From: Hypanus sabinus
Taxonomy: Eukaryota
Direction of reading: 5' to 3'
NCBI RefSeq assembly: GCF_030144855.1
Contig: NC_082731.1
Location: 11,036,001 to 11,100,000 of the forward strand
Length of the DNA stretch: 64,000 nt
Below are positions 53,040 to 64,000 of the stretch, piece by piece. The notes under the pieces were generated by a model, which worked only from the letters and a program-made list of their open reading frames with translations, was not told the DNA's origin and searched no databases. The number at the start of each line of letters is the position of its first letter. Position 1 is the first letter of the stretch. The position numbers and the translations under genes were made by a program.

Positions 53040-54140
53040 ATTATAGAATGGATTAAGCAGTGGCTGACTGACAGGAGCAGAAAAGTGGGAACAAAGCGGG
53101 TGTTTTCTAGTTGGCTCCCACTGACTAGTGGGGTTCCACAGAGGTCTGTGTTGGGACCAGTTATTTTTTGTTATATGTTAGTGATTTGGACGATGGAATG
53201 GATGGCTTTGCTGCAAAGTTTGCAGCTGATACAAAGATAGGTGGAAGGAGGGACAGGCAGTTTTGGGGAAGTAGAGAGGATACAAAAGGACACAGACAGA
53301 TTAAGGGAATGGGCAAAGTAGTGGCAGATGGAATACAGTATTAGGAATTGTATAGTCATGTATTTTGGTAGAAGAAATGAAAGTGTTGACTGTTTTTCTA
53401 AATGGACAGAAAATAGAAATAACTGTGGTGCAAAGGCTTGGGAGTGCTTGTGCAGGATTCCCTAAATGTTAACTTACATGTTGAGTCTGTGATGAGGAAT
53501 GCAAATGCAATTTTAGTATTCATTTGAAGAGGACTAGACTATAAAAAAAGGTGTAATGCTGAGACTTTGTAAAGCACTGTTAGGCCTCACTTGGAGAATC
53601 ATGAGCTGTTTTCAGCCCCTTCATCTTACGAAGGTTACGTTGAAACTGGAAAAGATTCAAAAGAGGTTCATGAAAATTATTCCAGCTTTGAATAGTTTGT
53701 CATATGAAGAGAATTTGATGGCTCTGGGCCAGTATTCACTGGAATTCAGAAGAAGGAGGGTTGACCTCATTGAAAACTATCAAATGGTGAAAGGACTTGA
53801 TAGATTTGATGCTTCCTATTATGGGAGAGTCTAAGACCAGATGACTCAGCCACAAAGTAGAGCAATGTCTTTTTAGAACAGACAAAAGAAGGAATTTCTC
53901 CAGCCTGAGAGTGATGAATCTGTGGAATTCATTGCTACAGGCAGCTGTGGAGGCCACGTCTGAATGGATCTTTAAGCTAGAGGTTGATAGATTCTTGATT
54001 GGACAGGGCATGCAGGGATACGGGGAGAAAGCTGGAGACTAGGGCTCGGGAAAAATGTATCAGCCAAGATGAGTGGTGCAACAGACTTGACAGGCCAAAT
54101 GGTCTAATTCTGCTCCTATGTTTTGTGGTCTTATATACAG
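53040..54140 (+). mobile_element. CR1 3' RT fragment
   Basis: FAAKFAADTKIGG, LRLCKALL and EFRRRRVDLIE motifs. Confidence 0.85.
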
Positions 54141-54399
54141 ACCAGAGAGTTGGTGAGTTTTCCCTAGTGTAGAGGAATATAAAATGAGGGGGTATCAACT
54201 TAAGACGTGAAGCTTGAAGGAGATATGAGGAGCATATTTTTCCACATAGTTATCTGGAAGATACCTCCAGTGGCAGTGATAGAAGCAGCTAGAATTACAA
54301 CTTCTAGAACACAGGTACATCAGTGGATTAACTAATTACAAAGGTAACCAGCATACCTCCAGAGAAATAATATGTAATTCATGCACCTAAAAGTCAAAG

Positions 54400-55480
54400 T
54401 CCCAGATCTACAGAACAGAAAGTGGTGAAAAAAATAACCACCATCCAGCAACTAGCTGAATATCACATGCGTATTCCTCAGAGCTGTCAAGAGCACCTAC
54501 AGCCCAATGGCCCCTACTAACCGAGAGCCAAGTGGATAACTCTTCAAGGAGAGAATAAAGAAGGCTCAACTGAATCTGTCTCTTTGGTGCTTTAACTCTA
54601 TCCCATGATTTTCTAACCAGCCAAATTTCACGACCACCGCAATCCAAGCAGTGCAGCAAGTTATCTGGAGTAAATAATATCCCTGCTACTGAAACATGGA
54701 AGCGAGGAATCTCCGGCTTGAATTCACAGACTCCTCAACTGCATCTGGGAAGAGAAGGATATGGGAGGGGTTGTCAAAGTGCCCAAATTTGATCAACGTC
54801 ACAAAATGAAACCAATCTGAATACTGTAATTACAGAAGGGTCCTTTTTCTTTCCTCCATATGGAAACTCTTCTGTTTTCATTAATGTCTGTAAAGAAAAA
54901 GAATTTTGGGATCTATATTGTATACATTTTTCTGTCATTAAATACACGTATTGAAACCTATTGACCCTATTCAACCTCCTTCTTGTGCCTGAAGAGTAGC
55001 TCTTAAGTAACAGGTTAGATTCTGTCCATCAAGATCTACAAAATGCATAATCACCCAAGGTAAACACAGGGACTATCAACAATCACCATACTGAACTTTA
55101 CACAACATCACTTGAATATTTTGTTCTGCCAACAGAGGATAGTGGAGAATTACTTCAATTCTCAGAAATTCATCTCTATTCTAATTCAGGTAGATGATCA
55201 CACACTCCATGATACCATCACAGAGCCAATTCCAATAGACTATAGGGTCAAACAAGGCTATATCATCACTGCAGACTAATTAAACATCGTTCCTGACTCC
55301 AAACAATCTACTCACTGGAGAACAGCACATTTAGGAATAAATGAGAAACTGTTGAACCTTGGTCCCCTCCACTCCAGAACCCGAGTGCATTAAACCTTAG
55401 TTCCAGAGTAGCAAAAATTGCATGACTAGTGTATATGAGACAAGCTTGAAGCTCATTGAATTAGGATGGCGAAACTAAGT
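54400..55480 (+). mobile_element. Degenerate RTE-clade RT fragment
   Basis: Weak nucleotide resemblance to RTE RT (the CGNYRGISLL region, GVKQG-like ATAGGGTCAAACAAGGC). Confidence 0.45.
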
Positions 55481-56035
55481 CATCCATCATTTTGCTCTCT
55501 CTGACTAAAGGAATTCCTCCTCATCTCTGTTCTAAGGAGATGTCCTATTCTGAAGATGTGCCCACTGATCCTAGGCTCTCCCAATATTGGAAATATACTT
55601 TCCACGCCCACTCCATGCAGCTCCCTGACAACAATGAAATACAAATTGTTGTTTAATTATATACATATATGCCATCAAATGAAACATATTTCTCCAGAGT
55701 ATGGTTTCCAGCCAGTAGAACATATAACAACCTATAACTTATGAAAGTAAGGATGAAATCCAGATTAATTATGCATACATAAAGTGCATAAATTAAATAT
55801 TATCAGGTAATGAATTGATTAACCGGTAACACCATGAATGCAATGCGATAGGGAGTTCAGAAGCCTAATGACTTGAGGGAAGAAACTGATTATTCTTGTT
55901 TTTATGCATTGGAGTCTCCTGCCCGATGGTAGAATGTCAAAGAGGATGCTGGATGCATGGGTGGGTCCTTTATCATGTAAGGTGTTATAATTGGGACAAA
56001 CTTACGCAATTCACAACCATCAGCATTGAGTTGGG

Positions 56036-56676
56036 AACTGCCAGTGCAATTTTTATAAATTCTTTCTGATATTTATTCAATTTGGGTTTCGATTTTATCC
56101 CTTCAATATCACCTAATAAAAATAATATTGGATTACGTGGAAGTTGTGTTCAAATAAAACTCTTAAATTTGTCCGAAAAGTTTGAATTTTAGAACAAGAC
56201 CAAGTAGAATGTAAAAAAGTACCAATTTCTTGGTTACATCGGAAACACTGATTGGATAAATTACAGTATCTTGGAATTCGGATACACACGTAAGTATAGA
56301 TCTTCGGAAGAATGAAATTTACAGCTGTATTGCACATGAAAAAATTACTTATAATTTAAGAGATAAATATGAAACATTTTTGAAAATTTGGTGCCCTTAT
56401 TTACAAAAGCCAGGATTAAATATATAGGTGCTCCGAAGATAAAATAATTGGTTATTTGGGGAAAGAAATAAACATATATACTAAAGTTATTACAAACTCC
56501 ACGGAGCATGTGGGGATCTTCCGATATCCAGGCACTCTTTCATTTTTTCTTTCTTTTTTTTTCTATAGGGATGATAGGGGGGAGGGGTTAAGGGGAGGGG
56601 GAAGGGTATATTTTTTTAGATATTTTCTTTTTCTTTCTGTAATTATTTGAAAACTCAATAAAAAAAGATTAAAAAT
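56036..56676 (+). mobile_element. L1/Tx1-clade LINE 3' end with 5' inversion, poly(A) and 12-bp TSD
   Basis: Minus part 56036-~56262 encodes NQCFRCNQEIGTFLHSTWSC...EFIKIALAV. Plus part ~56260-56427 continues ITVSWNSDTH...EKITYNLRDKYETFLKIWCPYL*. TSD CATTGAGTTGGG at 56024-56035 and 56677-56688. Confidence 0.85.
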
Positions 56677-56877
56677 CATTGAGTTGGGGTTTCACTTTAA
56701 GAGGCTTGTCTGACACAATCATGTTATTACCTAAGTCTTTTAGCACTCTTTTGTTGAGTAGTTTTCAGAGTTCAATAAAATATGTTACAGGTTTCATTAA
56801 ACATAAGTCACCTCACCTTATTTTATTTGTGGAAAACTCATTGGTGACCCCAATGCTCTGGGATAATTCAGGAGTTA

Positions 56878-58130
56878 TTGAATCTGTTGGATAACACAGT
56901 CACTTTGAAATTGCCGGAATTTCAGGAGCAAAATGCCGTCACTTGGTTTGCAGAAGTGGACACCCAGTTTGCCCTTCGAGTAATCTCTGCAGACAATACC
57001 AAATATTTCTACATGGAAGCATCGTTCCGCAGTTCCATGGCTGCTAGATTGGTGAGTCTGCTTAAACATGATAAATATTGATCTGAAAAATCTTCTGGAG
57101 GTGGAGCAGTCAAAATGCTTGTGACTCCTTTGCTTGCATCTTCGAAAACAGCTCAATCTCTTTCTTTGATGTCGCTTTTTCCCCTTATTAAGATTCTTTT
57201 GAAGACCCTGACCGGGAGTTACACTCTGAATTTGGTTGTTTGCGGGATTGGGACCCGCTCTCATGGCGCCACGACTGGCTGCTTTTTGATATCCCAATGA
57301 TGTTGCTTGGAAGGCGAGCGCACCTTCTGGGTTGCAGATTTTCATGGCTCTGGAGACATGCTGAATCTAGGCTGGTGCGCCTGACTGAAGTATTGTGGGA
57401 GAAGGTGGAACATTGGGAGCAGCCGGTTAAATGCCAGGGGTCGTGTGCCTGGAGAGCTGCACCCTTCTGGTGCCAACACTCTGGGCGCAGAGCTCGGAAA
57501 AAATAATGCAACAGATATTTACCATCATAAATTGGTGAGCTGTTTGTTATATTTCTCCTCTCGCTGTGAAATGGGGCACATTTTTTTCCCCTTATTAGGG
57601 AGAGAAAGAGCCTGTGGTATGTAAAATTACTGGGTGAATGAGTAGTATTTGGGGTACTGCAAGTCTGTTTTTATTGCTGCTTGCTGGACATTTGAGACTT
57701 CAGTGGAGGGCAGTGATGCTTTAAGCTGGTGGGGGTGGGGCTATCATTGCCTTGTTGCTGCTTGTGCATGGGAGGGGTGAGCTGAGGTTCTAACATTTTA
57801 ACTTTCATTCATTCTTTGGGGCACTTATCTGTTTTTGTGGATGTTTTCAAAGAAAAATTATTTCAGGATCCAGATTATATATATTTCTGACATTAAACTC
57901 ACCTTTTGAAACATATTGAATCAGTTTTTACAGACTTTTGGGGTATCGGCACCTGAGCGTGCCAAACCTTTGCTCTCCTTACCTGTTCTCAGCGATGGTA
58001 AGTCTGCGAAGCTAATGTTGTTCCTCCTGGGAAATCACCATCCTTGTTTTAATTTTAAAGAACACTTCCTGCGCAAATGTCTGATCAAGTTTGTGTAGCC
58101 CTCACAAATGCACCCAGGATAGGCTATAGG
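56878..58130 (+). mobile_element. Gypsy gag fragment interrupted by an ~830-bp insertion
   Basis: TVTLKLPEFQEQNAVTWFAEVDTQF...KYFY at 56878-57081 resumes as FLQTFGVSAPERAKPLLSL...HHPCFNFKEHFL at 57916. Confidence 0.75.
57082..57912 (+). mobile_element. Non-autonomous LINE/SINE-like element with 7-bp TSD (ATATTGA); second copy at ~60200-61995
   Basis: ATATTGA at 57075-57081 and 57913-57919. It shares the head (GACTC-TTTGCTTGCATCTT-GAAACAGCTC) and tail (TCTGACATTAAA...CCTTTGAAAC) with the 60.2-62.0 kb copy. Confidence 0.65.
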
Positions 58131-58634
58131 GAACTTGATAAAATGGTTGATAGTTCACACTCAGCTAGGCAGTGGGGCATCATTCCTCATCCTTTCTCTA
58201 CCACAGTAAGTCCAGTCAGCTAGGCCCACACATAAGGACACCCATGCTGCGAAACAGATGATGCTGGGCCTATCCTTTTACCGCACTCGCTTTAGTAGTA
58301 ATGCTAAGTATTGCTGACTGCCTTGCAGTTTTGACAATGCCCACATATCAGGACATCAGAGGTCTGTGAACACTGTGGGTACCAGTTGCCAGCAAATACC
58401 ACTCTCCAACTATTCTAAATACAGGGCTAAAGTTAGTCAGAAGATAACACTGATTGAAAGCACCGAAAGAGTAATCAGAAGCTTGATTTCCAAGGCAAAA
58501 CATGCAGTCCATTAATGATACAGTGAAAATAAGGCCTGCACAATCAGCCAGAATTGGGGAAATCATGTAAATATGTCATGCACAAGGCTGCCAGTGGCCG
58601 CATTGTGTCAGTGACATCTCTTTGAACAGCTTTT

Positions 58635-59776
58635 TCCTCTTTTAAACAAAGGGGTTTCCCTTCGTCCTCCATCAACTCTGCTCTCAAGCGCACCTCTCAC
58701 ATTTCCCACACAACTGCCCTCACCCCATCCACCCGCCACCCCTCTCAGGATCGTGTTCCCCTTGTCCTTACCTACCACCCCACCAGCCTCCAGGTCCAAA
58801 ATATAATTCTCCGTAACCTCTGCCACCTCCAACGGGATCCCACTACCAAACACATTTTTCCCTCCCCCCTCTTTCTGCTTTTTGCAGGGATTGCTCCCTA
58901 CGCGGCTCCCTTGTCCGCTCGTTCCCCCCCCCCCCCCACCATCCCTTCCCACCAATCTCCCTCCTGGCACTTATCCTTGTAAACAGAACAAGTGCTACAC
59001 CTGCCCTTACACTTCCTCCCTCACCACCATTCAGGGCCCCAGACAGTCCTTCCAGGTGAGGCGACACTTCACCTGTGAGTCAGCTGATGTGGTATACTGC
59101 GTCCGGTGCTCCAGGTGTGGCCCTTTATATATTGGTGAGACCCGAAGCAGACTGGGAGACCGTTTCGCTGAACACCTACACTTGGTCTGCCAGAAAAAGC
59201 AGGATCTCCCAGTGGCCACACATTTTAATTCCACGTCCCATTCCCATTCTGATATGTCTATCCATGGCCTCCTCTATTGTCAAAATGAATCCAAACTCAG
59301 GTTGGAGGAACAACACCTGAAATACCGGCTGGGTAGCCTCCAACCTGATGGCATGAACATTGACTTCTCTAACTTTGGTTAATGCCCCTCCTCCCCTTCT
59401 TACCCCATCCCTGACATTTTTAGTTGTTTGCCTGTTCTCCATCTCCCACTGGTGCTCCCCCTCCCGCCTAATTTCTTTCTGCTGAGGCCTCCCGTCCCAT
59501 GATCCTTTCCCTTCTCCAGCTCTGTATCACTTTCGCCAATCACCTTTCCAGTTTTTAGCTTCATCCCACCCCCTCCAGTCTTCTCCTATCATTTCGCATT
59601 CCCCCCTCCCCCCACTGCTTTCTATCTTTCCTTTCAGTTAGTCCTGATGAAGGATCTCAGCCCGAAACGTCGACAGCGCTTCTCCCTATAGATGCTGCTT
59701 GGGCTTCTGTGTTCCACCAGCATTTTGTGTCTGTTGTTGTTTGAGTTTCCAGCATCTGCAGATTTCCTCGTGTTTG
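58635..59776 (+). mobile_element. Penelope-like element 3' portion: GIY-YIG endonuclease (ORF to 59382) and terminal repeat
   Basis: CKQNKCYTC...FTCESADVVYCVRCSRCGPLYIGETRSRLGDRFAEH...VATHFN...RLEEQHL-YRLGSLQPDGMNIDF. Flanked by a 17-bp direct repeat CTCTTTGAACAGCTTTT (58618-58634, 59777-59793). Confidence 0.93.
59639..59677 (+). ncRNA. Minimal hammerhead ribozyme motif in the Penelope terminal repeat
   Basis: TAGTC-CTGATGA-AGGATCTCAGCCC-GAAAC-GTC/GACAG. The core is intact and stem II has one mismatch. Confidence 0.6.
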
Positions 59777-61001
59777 CTCTTTGAACAGCTTTTCACTTAA
59801 TTCCACTTTGACATTCTTTCACATGTTCCTGCAATGTATTCTAACTCGATACTTACCCAAATTGCTTTTATAAGTCAGTACTTGCAATCACTGCCAACAG
59901 ATACTAACAAGTTCTCGAATAAATTTCTGACTTCCTTGCTCCCCTTCAGCATTTCTACTGTCTGTGCTGCCCCCAAGTGTTTGATCTGTGGAATGACAGG
60001 CTGCATTGCTGGGTCCCATACCATCCATTTGTGGGAAATGTTGTTCAGGCTCTTGGGCGATATATGCTTTTTTATTTTCATGACTACACTTCTTTTTCTT
60101 GCTGTTTTAAATGTGTGAATGTTTTGCAACTTGGTCCCAGAGGAACACTGTCACGTTCAGCTGTATTCATGTATGTTTGAATGGTAATTAAACTTGATTG
60201 AATTTGACTTGATTTGATTTGATGTGAAGGGATATTTTCATCGTAAACTGGTTTTGCTCAGTGGTTTCAGATTTACCTTCAAAAGCTTAGTTATGATGGC
60301 GCTAAACGGCGACTCTATTGCTTGCATCTTTGGAAACAGCTCTATTTTCATCTTTAATATTTCGTTTTATCCCTTTCCGGGTTCTTTTGAAGACCCTAAC
60401 CTGGAGTTATAAGCTGACTTTGGTTCTTTGCAGGAATGGGACCCACACTTGGGGTTATATGACTGGCTATTATCCAACACGCCATGGATGTGGACTAAGA
60501 GCTTAGCTCGCCTTTGAAGGTCTGGGACCTCATGGCTCTAGAGACAGGTGGATCACAGGTCAGTGTCCCGACAGGAGATCAGTGTGTCATGGGAGTTGGA
60601 AGAACTACAGCTGTGGATCTAGAGCTTGGACACAATGGACTTTTAACACTGTAAACCAGTGAATTGTCTGTTATGTCTCACCTCTTGCTGTGAAACGTTG
60701 AGTGAGTGAGAGAGCCTGATGTATGTTGAATACCTGGTGAACGAGTAGTCTTTGGGATCCTACAAGTCTGAGTCTTTGCTGTTGCTTTGCTGCAGGCTTG
60801 AGTGCTCGGTGGAGGGTGCTGTTTTGTTTTGCTGGTGGGGGGAGAAGGAACTGTTGCTTTACTACCGTTTACCTGCAGAAGTAAGGGGAGCTGGGTGGTG
60901 GGGTGAGACTTCAGGGTTCTAACATTTAAATGTCATTCATTCTTTGGGGGCACTGCTCAGTTTTTGTGGGTTGTTGTGAAAAGAAAGCATTTCAGGATGT
61001 A

Positions 61002-61960
61002 CAGTCTGCCCTCCGTATCGCTGGGGGTTTGGTTCCAGGACTGCCTACATTTACCAGATTCCACGGATGCTCAAGTACCGTAAATTAAATGGCATAGTAT
61101 TTGCATATAACCAACGCATATCCTCATGTACACATTAAATCATCTCTAGATTACTTATAATAACTAATACAATGTAAACGCTATGTAAATAGATGTTATA
61201 CTGTATTGCTTAGGCAATAATGACAAGAAAAAAATTGTCTGTGCATGCTCAGTACAGACGCAACTATCGTAGCTCTTCTGGGAATGCTCATGTTGCCTCG
61301 GCATTAGCCGATGCTGATTCTCCCGTGATCCTTAAGTTCATGAGGCTGTGGTGCTTTACATAGCTAGCCAGCCAGCCCTTACTAGACTTGAGCTCCTTCC
61401 AGTTACTCTCCTCAACCCCCTCACAGTAGTGCTCATAGAGGCTGTGCATTTTTCATGCATAATTTTGCCAGCAACAGGGATATGCTTCTGTGACACGTCC
61501 TCTAGTTGCACACTGAATGCTTTCTTGGTCTTTGCAAGCACTTTATCATGAAACAGAGAGATCATTTTTGCCATTGTAGGGCTAACACTAACACCTCCAC
61601 AAATGTCAGCTTCTTTCTGCTTTATTGTACGAATGCTCGAGTCGTTCTTAGCAACCTCAGGCCCACCACAGCAAGCGACATTGTACTTTTCAAAAGATCT
61701 AAGATTTTTATTTTCTCAGCAAGAGCCTCTGAGCCTCTTAGCCTTTGAGGAGTTGCTTTGACCACTTAATTGCCTTTTAGGAGCCATTTTTTTCGCAGAA
61801 AGAAAGGGTGCACACAACACAATTAGTGACTAAAGGAGACGCGAGGCGAACAATGCTCAAACAACAAGTGCTGTAGAGAGAACTTCCAGGTTTTTTTTCG
61901 ATCCTGATCTGTGGTTGGTTGAATCCGCAGATGCGGAACGCTGTTACGGAGGGCCGACAG
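61002..61960 (-). mobile_element. Tigger/pogo-type DNA transposon deletion derivative with TIRs and TA TSD
   Basis: CAGTCTGCCCTCCGTA ... TACGGAGGGCCGACAG inverted ends flanked by TA (61000-61001, 61961-61962). Internal minus-strand ISLFHDKVLAKTKKAFSVQLEDVSQKHIPV resembles a CENP-B HTH. Inserted into the 60.2-62.0 kb element. Confidence 0.85.
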
Positions 61961-62819
61961 TATATTTCTCTGACATTAAATGTACCTTTGAAACCAATTT
62001 TCAGAAAAGATGCAGAATGCAATTGGTGAAAATGATTATCAACCTCAATTTTGTGGTTTATACTCTTAGAGCTGGAAGGAATAGAAATCTGGTTACTATC
62101 AACCAAGATTGCTTTGTACAGTGGAGAGCTAAGAGAGATGGGGCTTACAGCATTGAATAGATATCACACTTCAGTGTAGGATTGGCCATTGGAGTACGCT
62201 TCACTTTCGACTGAGACTGTATTGCTCTTGCAGTCAAATGATCTCCTGCAAACTTAGTTTCTAATAGAGAGTGTGTACCAAACTGGCTGAAGTGTTTGTG
62301 AACCTGAAGGATCAATACTGCTCCGCTGCATGGTCAGATACCCATAATCAAATCAGTGAGATAATCACGCACAGTCCCTCTCACTGGGTCACCGAAGCCA
62401 TAATGACAGAGAAAGAACCTGTTGCTCCAGAAAATAAAGGACAGTTACATCACACTCCAGGTCAACTAGTAATGGTACTAGGCTACACAATCTAGACCTG
62501 AATCCCACAAAAGATATGAGCGAAGCTGTACAGCCCTTCCTTAAGTCCCTTTCTTCCTCGTGTCACAGCCTCAGTTTGGTTTGAATCTGCTTTCTCACCA
62601 TTTCAGACAGTGCTTTCCATATCACAAAAGGCTAAGCAGAGTCTCCAGTGACCTCATTATGGGATTTTAGTCAATTATGTGATGAAGTCTGAGAAGCGTG
62701 ATGACATTTGTTAATGATACATAACACCATATACATTCTGTGGGGAAAAATAATCAGAAAGTTCTATTACATAGTCATAGAATGATACTGTACTGAAGGA
62801 GATTACTCAGCTAGTTGGC

Positions 62820-64000
62820 TCCATACCAGCTTCCATAGAACCATAGAACCGGAGAACATTACAGCACAGAAACTGACCTGTTGGTCGTTCTTGGCTGAAC
62901 CATTTTTCTGCCTAGTCACACTGACCTGCACCTGGACCATATTCCTCCATACACCTCTCATCCATGTACCTGTCCAATTTTTTCTTAAATGTTAAAAGTG
63001 AGTCCGCATTTACCACTTCATCTAGCAGCTTATTCCACACTCCCACCATTCTCTGCGTGAAGAAGCACCCCTCCCCCCAATGTTCCCTTTAAACTTTTCC
63101 CCCTTCACCCTTAACCCATGTTCTCTGGAGTGTTTTTCTCCCCTAGCCTCAGTGGAAAAAGCCTGTTTGCATTCACTCTATCTATACCCATCATAATTTT
63201 ATACATCTCTATCAAATCACCCCTCATTCTCCTACGTTCCAGGGAATAAAATCCTAACCTATTCAACCTTTCTCTGTAACTCAGTTTCTCAAGTCCTGGC
63301 AAAATCCTTGTAAACTGTCTCTGCACTCTTTTAACCTTATTAATATCCTTCCTGTAACTTGGTGACCAAAACTGCACACAATACTCCAAATGCAGCCTCA
63401 GCAATGCCTTATACAATCGCACCATAACATTCCGACTCTTATACTCAATACTTTGATTTCCAATGTACCAAAGCTCACTTTATGGCCCTATCGACCTGTG
63501 ACAGCACTTTTAGGGAATTTTTAACCTGTATTCCCAGATCCCTCTGTTCTACTGCACTCCTCAGTGCCCTACCAATTACCTTGTATGTTCTACCTTGGTT
63601 TGTCCTTTCAAAGTTCAATACCTCACACTTGTCTGTGTTAAACTCCAACTGCCATTATTCAGCCCATTTTTCCAGCTGGTCCAGATCCCTCTGTAAGCTA
63701 AGAAAACCTTCCTCACTGTCCATTACATCTCCAATCGTTGTATCATCAGCACATTTGCTGATCCAATGTACTACATTTACTGCAATTTCAGATCATTCAT
63801 ATTGATGACAAATAACAATGGATCCAGCACTGATCCATGTGGCACACCAGTAGTCACAGGCCTCCACTCAGAGAAGCAATCCTCCACTACCACTCTGTAG
63901 CCTCTCCCATTGAGCCAATGTCTAATCCAATTTACTACCTCACCATGTATTCCTAGTGGCTGAATCTTCCTAACTAACCTCCCAAGTGGGACCTTGTCAA
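62820..64000 (-). mobile_element. CR1 LINE 3' RT portion
   Basis: RLYKALLRLHLEYCVQFWSPSYRKDI...RRRMRGDLIEMYKIM plus a CATAGAAC repeat tail. Confidence 0.92.

Noticed and set aside
92-63805. Most ORFs in the supplied track as genes; any prokaryotic systems, CRISPR, rRNA or tRNA genes
   Set aside because: The ORFs are fragments or antisense frames of decayed transposons or random AT-rich frames. No arrays or structural RNA genes were recognised.

Overview
Vertebrate (cartilaginous fish, probably a ray or shark) genomic DNA dominated by decayed transposons, with one clear host locus: an unrearranged, apparently intact IgNAR (heavy-chain-only shark antibody) cluster on the minus strand. It comprises an octamer+TATA promoter, split leader, V (only the two canonical Cys, i.e. 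type IV/IIb-like), three D segments and one J, each with recognisable recombination signals (V-22 / 12-D1-23 / 12-D2-22 / 12-D3-12 / 23-J). No constant exons were found in the 8.4 kb downstream of J. The rest is CR1, Rex1/Babar, RTE and L1 LINE relics, Penelope-like elements carrying minimal hammerhead ribozyme motifs, Gypsy relics, two solo LTRs with TSDs, an ERV-like integrase relic, Tc1, Tigger and Chapaev3-like DNA transposon relics, and a 173-N gap. The most notable observations are: a second heptamer inside D3 that creates a 23-RSS and a signal-joint-like structure; Cys codons in all three D segments beside a V with no non-canonical Cys; a roughly 41 kb CpG-retaining domain around the cluster that ends near 41.5-43.5 kb; and a twin-primed (5'-inverted) L1 with a 12-bp TSD. 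All analysis was by eye, and repeat boundaries are approximate unless a TSD is quoted.
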